Positions 27,343 to 38,430 of a stretch of DNA of 64,000 nucleotides are shown piece after piece. The first letter of the stretch is position 1; every line of letters starts with the position of its first letter. Both the position numbers and the translations under genes were made by a program. The stretch is from Actinomycetota bacterium (GTDB lineage Bacteria > Actinomycetota > Thermoleophilia > Gaiellales > Gaiellaceae), in contig JACDEU010000001.1 in NCBI GenBank assembly GCA_013816245.1, positions 106,744 to 170,743 of the forward strand, given 5' to 3'. The notes beneath the pieces are model-generated. The model searched no databases. It was given only the letters and a program-made list of their open reading frames with translations, and was not told the DNA's origin.

Positions 27343-28144
27343 GCGGTCTCTCGCCCGGTGGGCCTTGCTCGACGAGTCGGAGCACTTTCTCGGGGGTGCC
27401 GCGGCGGTCGTGCAGGTTCTCGAGCCACCACGTCGCACCGGCCTCCGCGTAGGCGACCGGATCGCCGCGATCGCGCTCGCCGAGCACCGCGACGTCGTAG
27501 TCGCCTGAGCGACCAATCGTCGCAATGCTGCGTGCGACCTCCTCGGGGGAGAGCGTCATCCCGGTCGGATCGGCGCTGTCGGCGAGCCAGCCGTCCCAGC
27601 GCGCCGCGCGTCGCAGCGATGCAGGACGGTTACCGCCGATCCAGATCGGCACCCGGGCCTGCGTCGGCGTGGGCGCAAGCGTCACTCCGTCGACCGTGTA
27701 GTGCTCGCCGTGGTGGGTGACCTCTTTCCCTGACCAGAGGCCCCGCAGCAGTTCGAGCCCTTCGTCGAGCATCGCAGCCCGCACCTTTGCGTCGGTCGGC
27801 TCGCCGAACTTGCCGAACTCGGACGCCGAGCCACCGAGGCCCGCGCCGAACGTCACACGGCCGCCGCTCAGGTTGTCGAGCGTCGCGATCTGGTGTGCGA
27901 CGACCTGGGGCCGGCGTCGCGCCACGGGTGTGACCGCGGTGCCGAGTCGCACGCGTTTCGTCGTTGCGGCGAGCGCGGCGAGCACGGTCCAGGGGTCGGC
28001 TGCCGGCGCTTTCCAGACGAAAGCGAGGTGATCCCAGATAAAGACGGCGTCCCATCCGTGCTCCTCGGCGGCGAGCCCGAGCTCAACCGGCACGCGTGGA
28101 TCGGAGAAGGTGCCGAGGTTTGCGAGGCAGATCCCATAGCGCAT
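27317..28144 (-). CDS. LLM-class (luciferase-like) flavin/F420-dependent oxidoreductase
   Basis: 275-aa ORF. DHLAF..LGTAVTPVARRRP..ATLDNLSGGRVTFGAGLG matches the LLM family pattern. Confidence 0.82.
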   Translation of the reverse strand: MRYGICLANLGTFSDPRVPVELGLAAEEHGWDAVFIWDHLAFVWKAPAADPWTVLAALAATTKRVRLGTAVTPVARRRPQVVAHQIATLDNLSGGRVTFGAGLGGSASEFGKFGEPTDAKVRAAMLDEGLELLRGLWSGKEVTHHGEHYTVDGVTLAPTPTQARVPIWIGGNRPASLRRAARWDGWLADSADPTGMTLSPEEVARSIATIGRSGDYDVAVLGERDRGDPVAYAEAGATWWLENLHDRRGTPEKVLRLVEQGPPGERPLSSGRRRP

Positions 28145-28173
28145 CTCGATGCAGACACTAGAGTCCCCGGACG

Positions 28174-29847
28174 GTGGGGGAGTTCACGACGCGACCGGAG
28201 CTGCGTGGGACGTTCGGGATGGTCGCGTCCACGCACTGGCTTGCATCGGCCGTAGGAATGGCAGTGCTCGAACGTGGCGGCAACGCTTTCGACGCGGCCG
28301 TGGCCGCGGGGTTCACGCTGCAGGTCGTCGAGCCGCATCTGAACGGTCCGGGCGGCGAGGTTCCCGCGCTCTTCTACGCGGTCGACCGCGGAGAGCCGCT
28401 GACGTTGTGTGGGCAGGGGGTTGCGCCGGCTGCCGCCACGATCGAGCGCTACCGGGAACTGGGGCACGAGCTCATCCCGGGCACGGGCGTCCTTGCAGCC
28501 TGTGTTCCCGGCGCGTTCGGAGGCTGGCTCCTGTTGCTTCAAGACTTCGGCACCTGGCGCCTCGGGGACGTGCTGCAGTTCGCGATCGACTACGCGGAGA
28601 ACGGCTTTCCGGTCGTGGGTGGGATGCGGCTCTCGATCGAGCGCCAGGCCGATCTGCTCGCAGGCTGGCCAGCCTCGAGCGAGCTCTACCTCCCGGTGCC
28701 AGAGCTCGGAGCGCAGTTCCGCAACCCGACGCTCGCCGCGACGTATCGGCGCATCATGGAGGAGTCGGCAGGCGGTTCGCGAGAGTCGGAGCTCGAGCGC
28801 GCGCGTGAGCTCTTCTACGAAGGCTTCGTCGCCGACGAGATCCACCGCTTCTCCGAAGCGGAAGGCGGACTGCTCGCCCGCGACGACCTCGCTGCGTGGC
28901 GCGCGACCTTCGAGCCGGTCGTCTCCTTCGACTACCACGGGACGACGGTGTGCAAGACGGGGCCGTGGGGCGCCGGCCCCGTCGCGTTGCAACAGCTCGC
29001 GCTGCTCGAGGGCTTCGACGTCGAGAAGCTCGACGAGGCGGAGTTCGTCCACGTGGTCACCGAATGCGCCAAGCTCGCGTTTGCCGATCGCGACGCCCTC
29101 TACGGCGATGCGGACGTTCTGCTCGACACGCTGCTCTCGCGCGAGTACAACGACACGCGTCGCGCTCTCGTCGACGGTGAAGCGTCGTCGGCGTACGAAC
29201 CGGGGCTCGGGCGCCTGCCGACCCTCGTCGAAGCCGAGGAGCTCGCCGGCGGCGGTGAGCCCACGCGCGGCGACACCGTCCACCTCGACGTCGTCGACTC
29301 TTTGGGGAACATGATCTCCGCGACGCCGAGCGGCGGCTGGCTGTACGGCTCGCCGGTGATCCCCGCGCTCGGCTGGCCGCTCGGGACCCGCGCGCAGATG
29401 TTCTGGCTCGAGGAAGGGCTGCCGTCGTCACTACGTCCAGGCACGCGGCCGCGCACGACGCTTTCGCCCGGCCTCGCGCTCCGCGACGGGAAGCCCTGGC
29501 TGGCGTGGGGGACTCCCGGCGGGGACCAGCAGGAGCAGTGGGGGCTCCACGTCTACCTGCGCCACGTCGATCGCGGGCTCAATCTGCAGGAGGCGATCGA
29601 CGCTCCGGAGTTCCACACGGACCACCTGATCTCTTCGTTCTACCCCCGCGGCTTCGTCCCCCGTTCGCTCGACGTCGAGGCGAGGTTCTCGCAGGAGGTG
29701 ATCGACGAGCTCCGTGCCCGAGGCCACGACGTCGCGGTCGAGCCGGACTGGTCGCTCGGGCGCGTCACAGCCGTTCAGAAGGAGGACGGCCAGCTGCGAG
29801 CGGGTGCCAACCCGCGCGGCATGCAGGGCTACGCCACCGGCCGTTAG
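28174..29847 (+). CDS. ggt: Gamma-glutamyltransferase family protein
   Basis: 557-aa ORF. N-terminal GMVASTHWLAS..GGNAFDAAVA and the autoprocessing/nucleophile context GDTVHLDVVD. Confidence 0.88.
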   Translation: MGEFTTRPELRGTFGMVASTHWLASAVGMAVLERGGNAFDAAVAAGFTLQVVEPHLNGPGGEVPALFYAVDRGEPLTLCGQGVAPAAATIERYRELGHELIPGTGVLAACVPGAFGGWLLLLQDFGTWRLGDVLQFAIDYAENGFPVVGGMRLSIERQADLLAGWPASSELYLPVPELGAQFRNPTLAATYRRIMEESAGGSRESELERARELFYEGFVADEIHRFSEAEGGLLARDDLAAWRATFEPVVSFDYHGTTVCKTGPWGAGPVALQQLALLEGFDVEKLDEAEFVHVVTECAKLAFADRDALYGDADVLLDTLLSREYNDTRRALVDGEASSAYEPGLGRLPTLVEAEELAGGGEPTRGDTVHLDVVDSLGNMISATPSGGWLYGSPVIPALGWPLGTRAQMFWLEEGLPSSLRPGTRPRTTLSPGLALRDGKPWLAWGTPGGDQQEQWGLHVYLRHVDRGLNLQEAIDAPEFHTDHLISSFYPRGFVPRSLDVEARFSQEVIDELRARGHDVAVEPDWSLGRVTAVQKEDGQLRAGANPRGMQGYATGR

Positions 29848-29978
29848 TGCCCCTGCCGGTGACGCTGTCGAAGTCGGCATGTGTTGCCGGTAGGGGCGCT
29901 AGACTCACGTCATAGTCGCGGCGTAATCTCACCGGCCCCCTGAACGGTCTCGAAGCCGAGGCTAGGATCGCGCGCGGG

Positions 29979-32387
29979 ATGGAATCTCTGTACTCACCCG
30001 CAGGCGTCGAGGAGCGCTGGCAGCGCACGTGGGAGGAGGAAGGCGACTACAACGCCGACCCGGACCCGGCGCGCAAGAGCTTCGTGGTCGCGCACCCGCC
30101 GCCGAACGTGACAGGCGACCTGCACATGGGACATGCCTTGCAGCTGTCGCTCGCCGACACGATCGTTCGCACGCGTCGCATGCAGGGCTTCAACACGCTC
30201 TTCCAGCCCGGCTTCGACCATGCCGGGATCTCCACGCAAAACGCCGTCGAGAAGCACCTCGCGCAGGAGGGCAAGACCCGCCAGGATCTCGGCCGCGAGG
30301 CGTTCGTAGACCGCGTCTGGGAATGGCTGCACGAGTACGGGGGGAAAATCATGCTCCAGTTCCGGCGGATCGGCGCCTCGATGGACTACCGCCGCGAGCG
30401 CTTCACGATGGACGACGCCTACGTGCGCGCGGTGATGCATTTCTTCGTTCATCTATACGGGAAGGGCTGGATCTATCGCGCGAACAGGATCATCAACTGG
30501 TGCCCGTTCCACCAGACGGCGCTCTCGGATCTCGAGGTCACGCACGTCGAGGTGGACGACGCGCTGACGTACGTGCGTTACCCGCTCGCCGACGGCGACG
30601 GCTACATCACGGTCGCGACGGTGCGACCGGCGACGATCCTGGGCGACGTGGCGGTGGCGGTGCATCCGGACGACGATCGCTATCGGCAGCTCGTAGGCAA
30701 GGAGGTGATCGTCCCGGTGGTCGAACGGCGGGTTCCGGTGATCGCAGACAAGCGCGTCGAACGGGACTTCGGCACCGCCGCGCTCAAGGTGACGCCCGGT
30801 CATGACCCGCTCGATTACGAGATCGGCCGTGACCACGGCCTGCCGGAGCTCACGGTGATCGGTCCGGACGGGCGATTGAACGAGGAAGCCGGCGAGCTCG
30901 CCGGCTTGACGCAGGAGGAAGCGGACAAGTGGGTGCTCGCCTGGCTGAAGGAGCACGGCCAGCTCGAGAAACGCGAGTCGTACCGGCACACCGTGGCGGT
31001 GTGTGACCGCTGCCAGACCCGCATCGAGCCGCGCATCTCACTGCAGTGGTGGTGCTCGATGGACGAGTTGCGCAAGCCCGCACTCGAGGCGCTCCGCTCC
31101 GGCCGCGTCCGCTTCCACCCCGAATCGCAGCAACGCTTCGCGGTTCAGTCGCTGGAAGAGGCGCCGGACTGGAACATCTCCCGCCAGATCTGGTGGGGCC
31201 ACCAGTTGCCGGTCTGGGAATGTCCCGACGGGCACATCACCGTCGGGGAGACGGAGCCCGAAGCGTGCGCAGAGTGCGGTTCGCACGAACTGACGCGTTC
31301 GACCGACGTGCTCGACACGTGGTTCTCGTCCGCACTCTGGCCCTTTGCGACGCTCGGCTGGCCGGAGGACACGGAGGATCTGCGCGCCTTCTACCCAGGG
31401 GACCTGAACACGACTGCGCGCGACATCATCCGCCTCTGGGAGAACAGGATGATCTTCAGCGGACTCGAGCTGATGGGCGAGGTCCCGTTCCGCGACGTCG
31501 TCATCCACTCGACCGTCCACGCGCCGACCGGCGGCCGGATGTCGAAGAGCCTTGGCACGGGGATGAATCCGCTCGCCGCGATCGAGGCCTACGGCGCGGA
31601 CGCGACCCGCTACGGGCTGATGAAGATGGCTTCGTCGCAGGACGTCCGCTTCTCGGAAGGCGCGATCGAGGAGGGAGGGAAGCTCGCGAACAAGCTCTGG
31701 AATGTCGCACGGCTGATTCTCCAGGCCTCGGAAGGCGCTGCGCCGGAGGAACGCCCGCGCATGCTCGAGGAACGCTGGATCCTCGCCCGCCTGTCGCAAA
31801 CCCAGCGCCAGGTCGAGCGGCTTCTCGACGAGTTCGACTTCTCGCACGTGGTCAGCGAGCTTTATCACCTCACTTTCGACGACTTCTGCGACTGGTACGC
31901 GGAGGCGGTAAAGGGACGGCTCTACGACGGAGACGCGGACGCGCGCGCCACGGCGGTTGCTGCGCTCGAGCGGCTGCTCAAGCTCTTGCATCCTGCGATG
32001 CCGCACGTGACCGAAGAGATCTGGTCGAACCTGCCTGCGCGAGAAACCAGATTGATCGTGTCGTCCTGGCCCGAAGCGGGCGACGAGACGGAGGCGGGCG
32101 CGCTCACCGCGGTGCAGCAAGCAGCCGTCGTCTATCGCCGCAGCGGCGTCCTCCCAAAACTCGAAGGCGAAGAGCGGCGTATCTTCAACGCGGTCGTGAA
32201 GCCAACCGAAGGGTCGGGCGACGGCAACGCAGCCGCAGAGATCGCCCGCCTACAGAAAGAGATCGCGCGCGCCGAAGGCATGCTCGCGAACGATCGCTTC
32301 GTCGGCAACGCTCCCGCGGACGTCGTCGAGGGTGAGCGTGAGAAGCTTGCGCGCTATCGGCGGGAGCTCGATGCCCTCACACACTGA
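29979..32387 (+). CDS. valS: Valine--tRNA ligase
   Basis: PPPNVTGDLHMGHAL (HIGH), RMSKSLGTG (KMSKS) and a C-terminal coiled coil. Confidence 0.95.
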   Translation: MESLYSPAGVEERWQRTWEEEGDYNADPDPARKSFVVAHPPPNVTGDLHMGHALQLSLADTIVRTRRMQGFNTLFQPGFDHAGISTQNAVEKHLAQEGKTRQDLGREAFVDRVWEWLHEYGGKIMLQFRRIGASMDYRRERFTMDDAYVRAVMHFFVHLYGKGWIYRANRIINWCPFHQTALSDLEVTHVEVDDALTYVRYPLADGDGYITVATVRPATILGDVAVAVHPDDDRYRQLVGKEVIVPVVERRVPVIADKRVERDFGTAALKVTPGHDPLDYEIGRDHGLPELTVIGPDGRLNEEAGELAGLTQEEADKWVLAWLKEHGQLEKRESYRHTVAVCDRCQTRIEPRISLQWWCSMDELRKPALEALRSGRVRFHPESQQRFAVQSLEEAPDWNISRQIWWGHQLPVWECPDGHITVGETEPEACAECGSHELTRSTDVLDTWFSSALWPFATLGWPEDTEDLRAFYPGDLNTTARDIIRLWENRMIFSGLELMGEVPFRDVVIHSTVHAPTGGRMSKSLGTGMNPLAAIEAYGADATRYGLMKMASSQDVRFSEGAIEEGGKLANKLWNVARLILQASEGAAPEERPRMLEERWILARLSQTQRQVERLLDEFDFSHVVSELYHLTFDDFCDWYAEAVKGRLYDGDADARATAVAALERLLKLLHPAMPHVTEEIWSNLPARETRLIVSSWPEAGDETEAGALTAVQQAAVVYRRSGVLPKLEGEERRIFNAVVKPTEGSGDGNAAAEIARLQKEIARAEGMLANDRFVGNAPADVVEGEREKLARYRRELDALTH

Positions 32388-33480
32388 GTACGTCGAGTCG
32401 TTGAGCCCGTGGCCGAAGGACGGCTTCGGTCTCAACCGCATCAAGGCATTGCTCGCCGCGCTCGGCGACCCGCAGCTCGACTACCCGTCCATCCACGTCG
32501 TCGGCACGAACGGGAAGTCGACCGTCACCCGAACGATCGAGGCGCTTCTCGCCGACGCCGGCCTCAAGGTCGGCGCATATCTGTCGCCCCACGTGCGTGG
32601 GTGGAGCGAGCGCATCCGTGTGACGGGCGAGGAGGCCGACTTCGAAGCCGCTGTCGAGCGAGTGCGAGCCGAGGCCGAGCGGATCGAAGCGACGCAATTC
32701 GAACTAGTCACCGCGGCCGCTCTGGCGGAGTTCGCCTCGGCTGGGGTCGACGTGGCCGTCGTGGAGGCCGGGCTCGGCGGGCGTTTCGACGCCACGAACA
32801 TCCTCCGCTCGCCAGTTCAGGTGCTGACGAACGTCGCCCTCGAGCACACCGAGGTCCTGGGGACGACCCGCGAGGCGATCGCGGTGGAGAAGCTCGCCGT
32901 CGTCCAGCCCGGTGCGACGGTCGTGCTCGGCGAGCCCGAGTGGGAAGCCCTCGCGAGGGAAAATGGCGCCGAGCAGGTCGTCGTCGCCGGGCACAGCAAC
33001 CTGGCGATCGCGATCGCCGCGGCCGAAACGTTCCTCGGCCGGCGGGTCGACGGGCACGTGACGGTCGAGTTGCCGGGGCGCCTCGAGCGCCTGAGCGAGG
33101 ATCCCCTGGAGATCTGGGACGGCGCCCACAACCTCGCCGGTCTCGGATACGCGCTCCCGCGGGTGCCGAGCGCGAACTACGTCGTCGTCGCTTCGATCCT
33201 TGCCGACAAGGACGTGGAGGGGATGCTGGCCGCTCTGTCGGTCATCGGAAGCCGCCTGGTGGCCACCACTTCGAGCAACTCGCGCTCTCTCTCGGCCGAG
33301 GACCTGGCCGAGCGCGCCCGGCCGTTCTTCCCGGAGGTCCGGCCGATCGAGGGCCCGGTTGAGGCCCTGACCTACGCCCGGACCCTCGGCGAGCCGATCC
33401 TCGTGACCGGCTCCCTTTACCTCCTGGCCGATCTCGCCAAGGATGAGAGCCTACGATGGCGAACGTTGGCGACAGGGTGA
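32371..33480 (+). CDS. folC: Folylpolyglutamate synthase / dihydrofolate synthase
   Basis: P-loop VVGTNGKSTV and Mur-ligase-like domains. ATG 32371 overlaps the valS end by 17 nt; the alternative start is GTG 32332. Confidence 0.88.
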   Translation: MPSHTEYVESLSPWPKDGFGLNRIKALLAALGDPQLDYPSIHVVGTNGKSTVTRTIEALLADAGLKVGAYLSPHVRGWSERIRVTGEEADFEAAVERVRAEAERIEATQFELVTAAALAEFASAGVDVAVVEAGLGGRFDATNILRSPVQVLTNVALEHTEVLGTTREAIAVEKLAVVQPGATVVLGEPEWEALARENGAEQVVVAGHSNLAIAIAAAETFLGRRVDGHVTVELPGRLERLSEDPLEIWDGAHNLAGLGYALPRVPSANYVVVASILADKDVEGMLAALSVIGSRLVATTSSNSRSLSAEDLAERARPFFPEVRPIEGPVEALTYARTLGEPILVTGSLYLLADLAKDESLRWRTLATG

Positions 33481-33569
33481 CAGTCTTCGCGTTCGCGGCG
33501 CTCGTCCTGGCCGCGATCGTCGGGATCGCGTTTCTCGCGGGGTACGTAATAGGAAGAATCCTTTTGTGA
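33477..33569 (+). CDS. Candidate 30-codon hydrophobic micro-ORF
   Basis: Translation (GTG as Met) is MTVFAFAALVLAAIVGIAFLAGYVIGRILL. Its start overlaps the folC stop (GTGA), and its stop overlaps the next GTG start (TTGTGA). Confidence 0.3.
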   Translation: MTVFAFAALVLAAIVGIAFLAGYVIGRILL

Positions 33570-34087
33570 TCGCCAGCACCTTCAGCGGAATCCACGACTT
33601 CTTCGCCTCGGGCACCTGGCAGGTGATCAGGAACCTGATGCTCTTCTTCCTGATCGCCTTCTGGCTCGCGGTCGGGTACTGGGTCTACAAGGATGCGAAG
33701 CGGCGGATCGAGGATCCCGTGCTGATCGCCACGGCGGTCGCGATCGGGCTGGTGATCCCCTTCCTCGGCGCACTCGTCTACATGCTGTTTCGCCCACCGG
33801 AGTACCTCGAGGACGTGCGCGAGCGTGAGCTCGAGATCAAGGCGATGGAGGAGCGGCTTGATCGCCGGGATCTCTACTGCCCGGTCTGCCGGGCCGAGGT
33901 CTCGAATGAGTTCCTCGTCTGCCCGGTCTGCACGACGAAGCTGAAGCAGGCGTGCGTGAACTGCAAGGCGCCGCTCGAGGCGCTCTGGCAGGTGTGCCCT
34001 TACTGCGAGACCTCTGTCGAGCCGGTCGCCGTCGACTTCCCGACCTTCGAAGTCCGACCGCCCAGACGACGGCGACGCTCCGAGTAA
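33566..34087 (+). CDS. Membrane protein with C-terminal double zinc ribbon
   Basis: GTG 33566 follows AGGAAG. Two TM helices, then CPVCRAEV..CPVCTTKL..CVNCKAPL..CPYCETSV. Confidence 0.7.
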   Translation: MIASTFSGIHDFFASGTWQVIRNLMLFFLIAFWLAVGYWVYKDAKRRIEDPVLIATAVAIGLVIPFLGALVYMLFRPPEYLEDVRERELEIKAMEERLDRRDLYCPVCRAEVSNEFLVCPVCTTKLKQACVNCKAPLEALWQVCPYCETSVEPVAVDFPTFEVRPPRRRRRSE

Positions 34088-34099
34088 ACTGCGCCGCCG

Positions 34100-34519
34100 A
34101 TGGCGGTCGAACGCTCACTCATCCTGATCAAGCCCGACGCGGTGCAGCGCAAGCTCGCCGGCGAGATCCTCGCGCGCATCGAGCGCCGTGGCTTCGCACT
34201 GCGAGCAGGCAAGCTGATCCATGTTGACCGCGAGCTCGGCGAGACGCACTACGCCGAGCACAAGGAGAAGCCGTTCTTCGGCGAGCTCGTCGAGTTCATC
34301 ACCTCGGGCCCGACGCTTGCGCTCGTCGTCGAAGGGGAGGGTGCGATCGCCACGATGCGGAAGACGATCGGCGCGACGAATCCCGCCGATGCCGAGCCTG
34401 GATCGATCCGCGGCGATCTTGCGAGCGCGATGCCGGACAACCTGGTGCACGGCTCCGACTCGCCGGAGTCTGCGAAGCGCGAGGTCGCCCTCTGGTTCTC
34501 GGACGATGAGCTCGTCTGA
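34100..34519 (+). CDS. ndk: Nucleoside diphosphate kinase
   Basis: [20 protein letters not shown] (catalytic His context). Confidence 0.95.
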   Translation: MAVERSLILIKPDAVQRKLAGEILARIERRGFALRAGKLIHVDRELGETHYAEHKEKPFFGELVEFITSGPTLALVVEGEGAIATMRKTIGATNPADAEPGSIRGDLASAMPDNLVHGSDSPESAKREVALWFSDDELV

Positions 34520-35268
34520 CCGACCCGACTACGTTCAGCAGAACGTCGCGAACTGGACCCGCGCGAACACGGAATACACCGACGCCTCCGCGACGCGCGC
34601 CTGGGCGCAGGAAGAGATCACCTGGGGCGTCTTCGGGAAACCTGAAGTTGAGCTGAACGCCCTCGGTGACGTCAGCGGTCTGGACGTGGTGGAGCTCGGG
34701 TGTGGGACCGCGTACTTCTCTGCGTGGCTCGCCCGGCGCGGCGCACGCGTAGTCGGTGTCGACCCGACGCCGGCGCAGCTCGAGACCGCCCGGCGCCTGC
34801 AGCGCGAAACTGGGATCGAGTTCCCCCTCGTCGAGGCGATCGGCGAGGACGTCCCGCTTCCGGACGCGTCCTCCGACCTTGTGCTCTCGGAGTACGGGGC
34901 GTCGCTCTGGGCCGACCCGTACCGCTGGGTCCCGGAGGCGGCACGTCTGCTGCGGCAGGGCGGCCGCCTGGTCTTCTTGACCAATTCGACCCTCTCCGTG
35001 GTCTGTATGGCGATGGACGGCGTCGGCGAGCTACTCGTGCGACCGCAGTTCCAGTTGCACCACAAGGAGTGGCCCGACACTCACGAGGTCGAGTTTCACC
35101 TTGGCCACGGTGACTGGATCGATCTCCTGCGGACGACCGGCTTCGACATCGAGCGCCTCGTCGAAGTGTTCGCGTCGCCGGAGGCGGAGACTCACACGTT
35201 CTACAAGTACGTGACTGCCGACTGGGCGCGCAAGTGGCCGGTCGAAGAGATCTGGGTCGCCCGCAAAC

Positions 35269-35276
<8 letters not shown>
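34506..35276 (+). CDS. Class I SAM-dependent methyltransferase
   Basis: ATG 34506 within track ORF 34221..35276. SAM motif [11 protein letters not shown]. Overlaps the ndk end by 14 nt. Confidence 0.85.
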
Positions 35277-36940
<1,664 letters not shown>

Positions 36941-36976
36941 CCTCGCCCGGAGATCTAGCTAACCTAGGCCTCTCTC

Positions 36977-37915
36977 GTGCCTCGCAACCGCAGTGTCAGC
37001 GCGGTCCTGGGCTCGTCCGCATCGAGACCGAGACCCCTTCCCTTCCCTTCCCGCAGCCGCTCCACCATTCGGCGCCGGGCCGCGGTGGGAGTCCTGGTGC
37101 TGCTCTCGCTGATCCTGATCACGATCTCCTTCCGCGAGCCGACCGGCGGAGCCCTCCACAGTGTCAACAGCGCAGGCGCAACGGTCTTGAGGCCCTTCGA
37201 GGTCGCCGCGGAGCGGGTGGCGCGCCCGTTCCGCGACGTCTACGGCTACTTCCGCGGTCTCGTGCACGCAAAGCGCGAGAACTCCCGCCTGCGGGCAGAG
37301 GTCAACCAGCTCCGCGAGCAGAAGCTGCAGGGGCAATCCGCGCTCGAGCAGAACCGTGAGCTTCGGGCGCAGCTGAAGTTCATCGACAGCCCACTTTTCC
37401 CGGGCGACTACGCGCCGGTCAACACGCGCATCATCTCCTGGGCCAGCGAGTTCGAGCAGCAGGTCGTCATCGCTGCCGGCTCCGACGCCGGCATCAGGCA
37501 GGACACGCCCATCGTCACGCGCGACGGTCTCGTCGGCCGTGTGACGGATGTAACCGGCAACGCCGCGCAGGTCACGCTGCTGACCGACGAGAACAGCGCC
37601 GTGCCCGCGCGGGATCCGAAGACCGGAGCGATCGGGCTGATCCGGCACGGTCAGGGAGAAGGGTCGCTCCTGCTCGACTTCGTTCGTAAGGAGGCGAACG
37701 TGCAGGCGGGCGACGTGATCGTCACGGCGGGTACGCGCTCCAAGCAGTATCCGTCCCTGTTCCCCGGCGGCATCCCGATCGGCGTCGTGACGAGTGTCGG
37801 CCAGAGCGACACGGCGCTGTACAAGCAGATCCAGATCGCCCCGTTCGTAGACTTCTCGGCGCTCGACGCGGTCACGGCCCTGATCACGCATAAGCGAACT
37901 CCGAAGGCGCCCTGA
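36977..37915 (+). CDS. mreC: Rod shape-determining protein MreC
   Basis: N-terminal TM, a coiled coil (ENSRLRAEVNQLREQ), then a beta-domain (VVTAGT..FPGGIPIGVV). Position is after mreB. Confidence 0.88.
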   Translation: MPRNRSVSAVLGSSASRPRPLPFPSRSRSTIRRRAAVGVLVLLSLILITISFREPTGGALHSVNSAGATVLRPFEVAAERVARPFRDVYGYFRGLVHAKRENSRLRAEVNQLREQKLQGQSALEQNRELRAQLKFIDSPLFPGDYAPVNTRIISWASEFEQQVVIAAGSDAGIRQDTPIVTRDGLVGRVTDVTGNAAQVTLLTDENSAVPARDPKTGAIGLIRHGQGEGSLLLDFVRKEANVQAGDVIVTAGTRSKQYPSLFPGGIPIGVVTSVGQSDTALYKQIQIAPFVDFSALDAVTALITHKRTPKAP

Positions 37916-38430
37916 TGCCAGCCGACGCTGCTAAAGCCTCGGGCCTGCTCTTCTTCGTTGTCGTCGTGCAGTTGTCGGTGACGGCGAACGTCGACATCCT
38001 CGGCGGGCATCCGAATCTCCTGCTCGTGACGGTCGTGTGCGTGTCGCTTCTCCGGGGTGCCGTCTTCGGCGCCGTCGCCGGCTTTTCCGCCGGGTTGCTC
38101 GCGGACACGGGCGTGTTCGGGACGCTCGGCTTCACCGCGCTGCTCCTGACCCTTGCGGGCTACTGGACAGGCCGGTATGGAGAGACGACCGGCCGCGATC
38201 GCGCGCACGCGCCGTTGCTGTCGATCGCGGTCATAACCGTCCTCTACCAGATCGCCGCGCTCGTCCTGCGCTACATGCTCAGTGAGCCGGCGCCCGCACA
38301 GCACATCTTTGCCGCGCTACTGCCGACGGTGATCCTCAATGTGATCCTGACGGTTCCGGTGTACGCACTCACGCGCCGGCTGCTGCGGCCGCGCGAGTGG
38401 TTGACACGCGAGGTGCGTCTCCTTGGGTAA
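37915..38430 (+). CDS. mreD: Rod shape-determining protein MreD
   Basis: 171-aa polytopic ORF. Its ATG overlaps the mreC stop (TGATG). Syntenic position. Confidence 0.8.
   Translation: MPADAAKASGLLFFVVVVQLSVTANVDILGGHPNLLLVTVVCVSLLRGAVFGAVAGFSAGLLADTGVFGTLGFTALLLTLAGYWTGRYGETTGRDRAHAPLLSIAVITVLYQIAALVLRYMLSEPAPAQHIFAALLPTVILNVILTVPVYALTRRLLRPREWLTREVRLLG

Noticed and set aside
29848-29978. Possible T-box or other leader upstream of valS. There is an 11-bp hairpin at 29849-29897 and TAGACT at 29900-29905.
   Set aside because: There is no T-box consensus (AGGGUGGNACCGCG-like) and no specifier-loop architecture. The hairpin is more simply the ggt terminator, followed by a valS -10 element.
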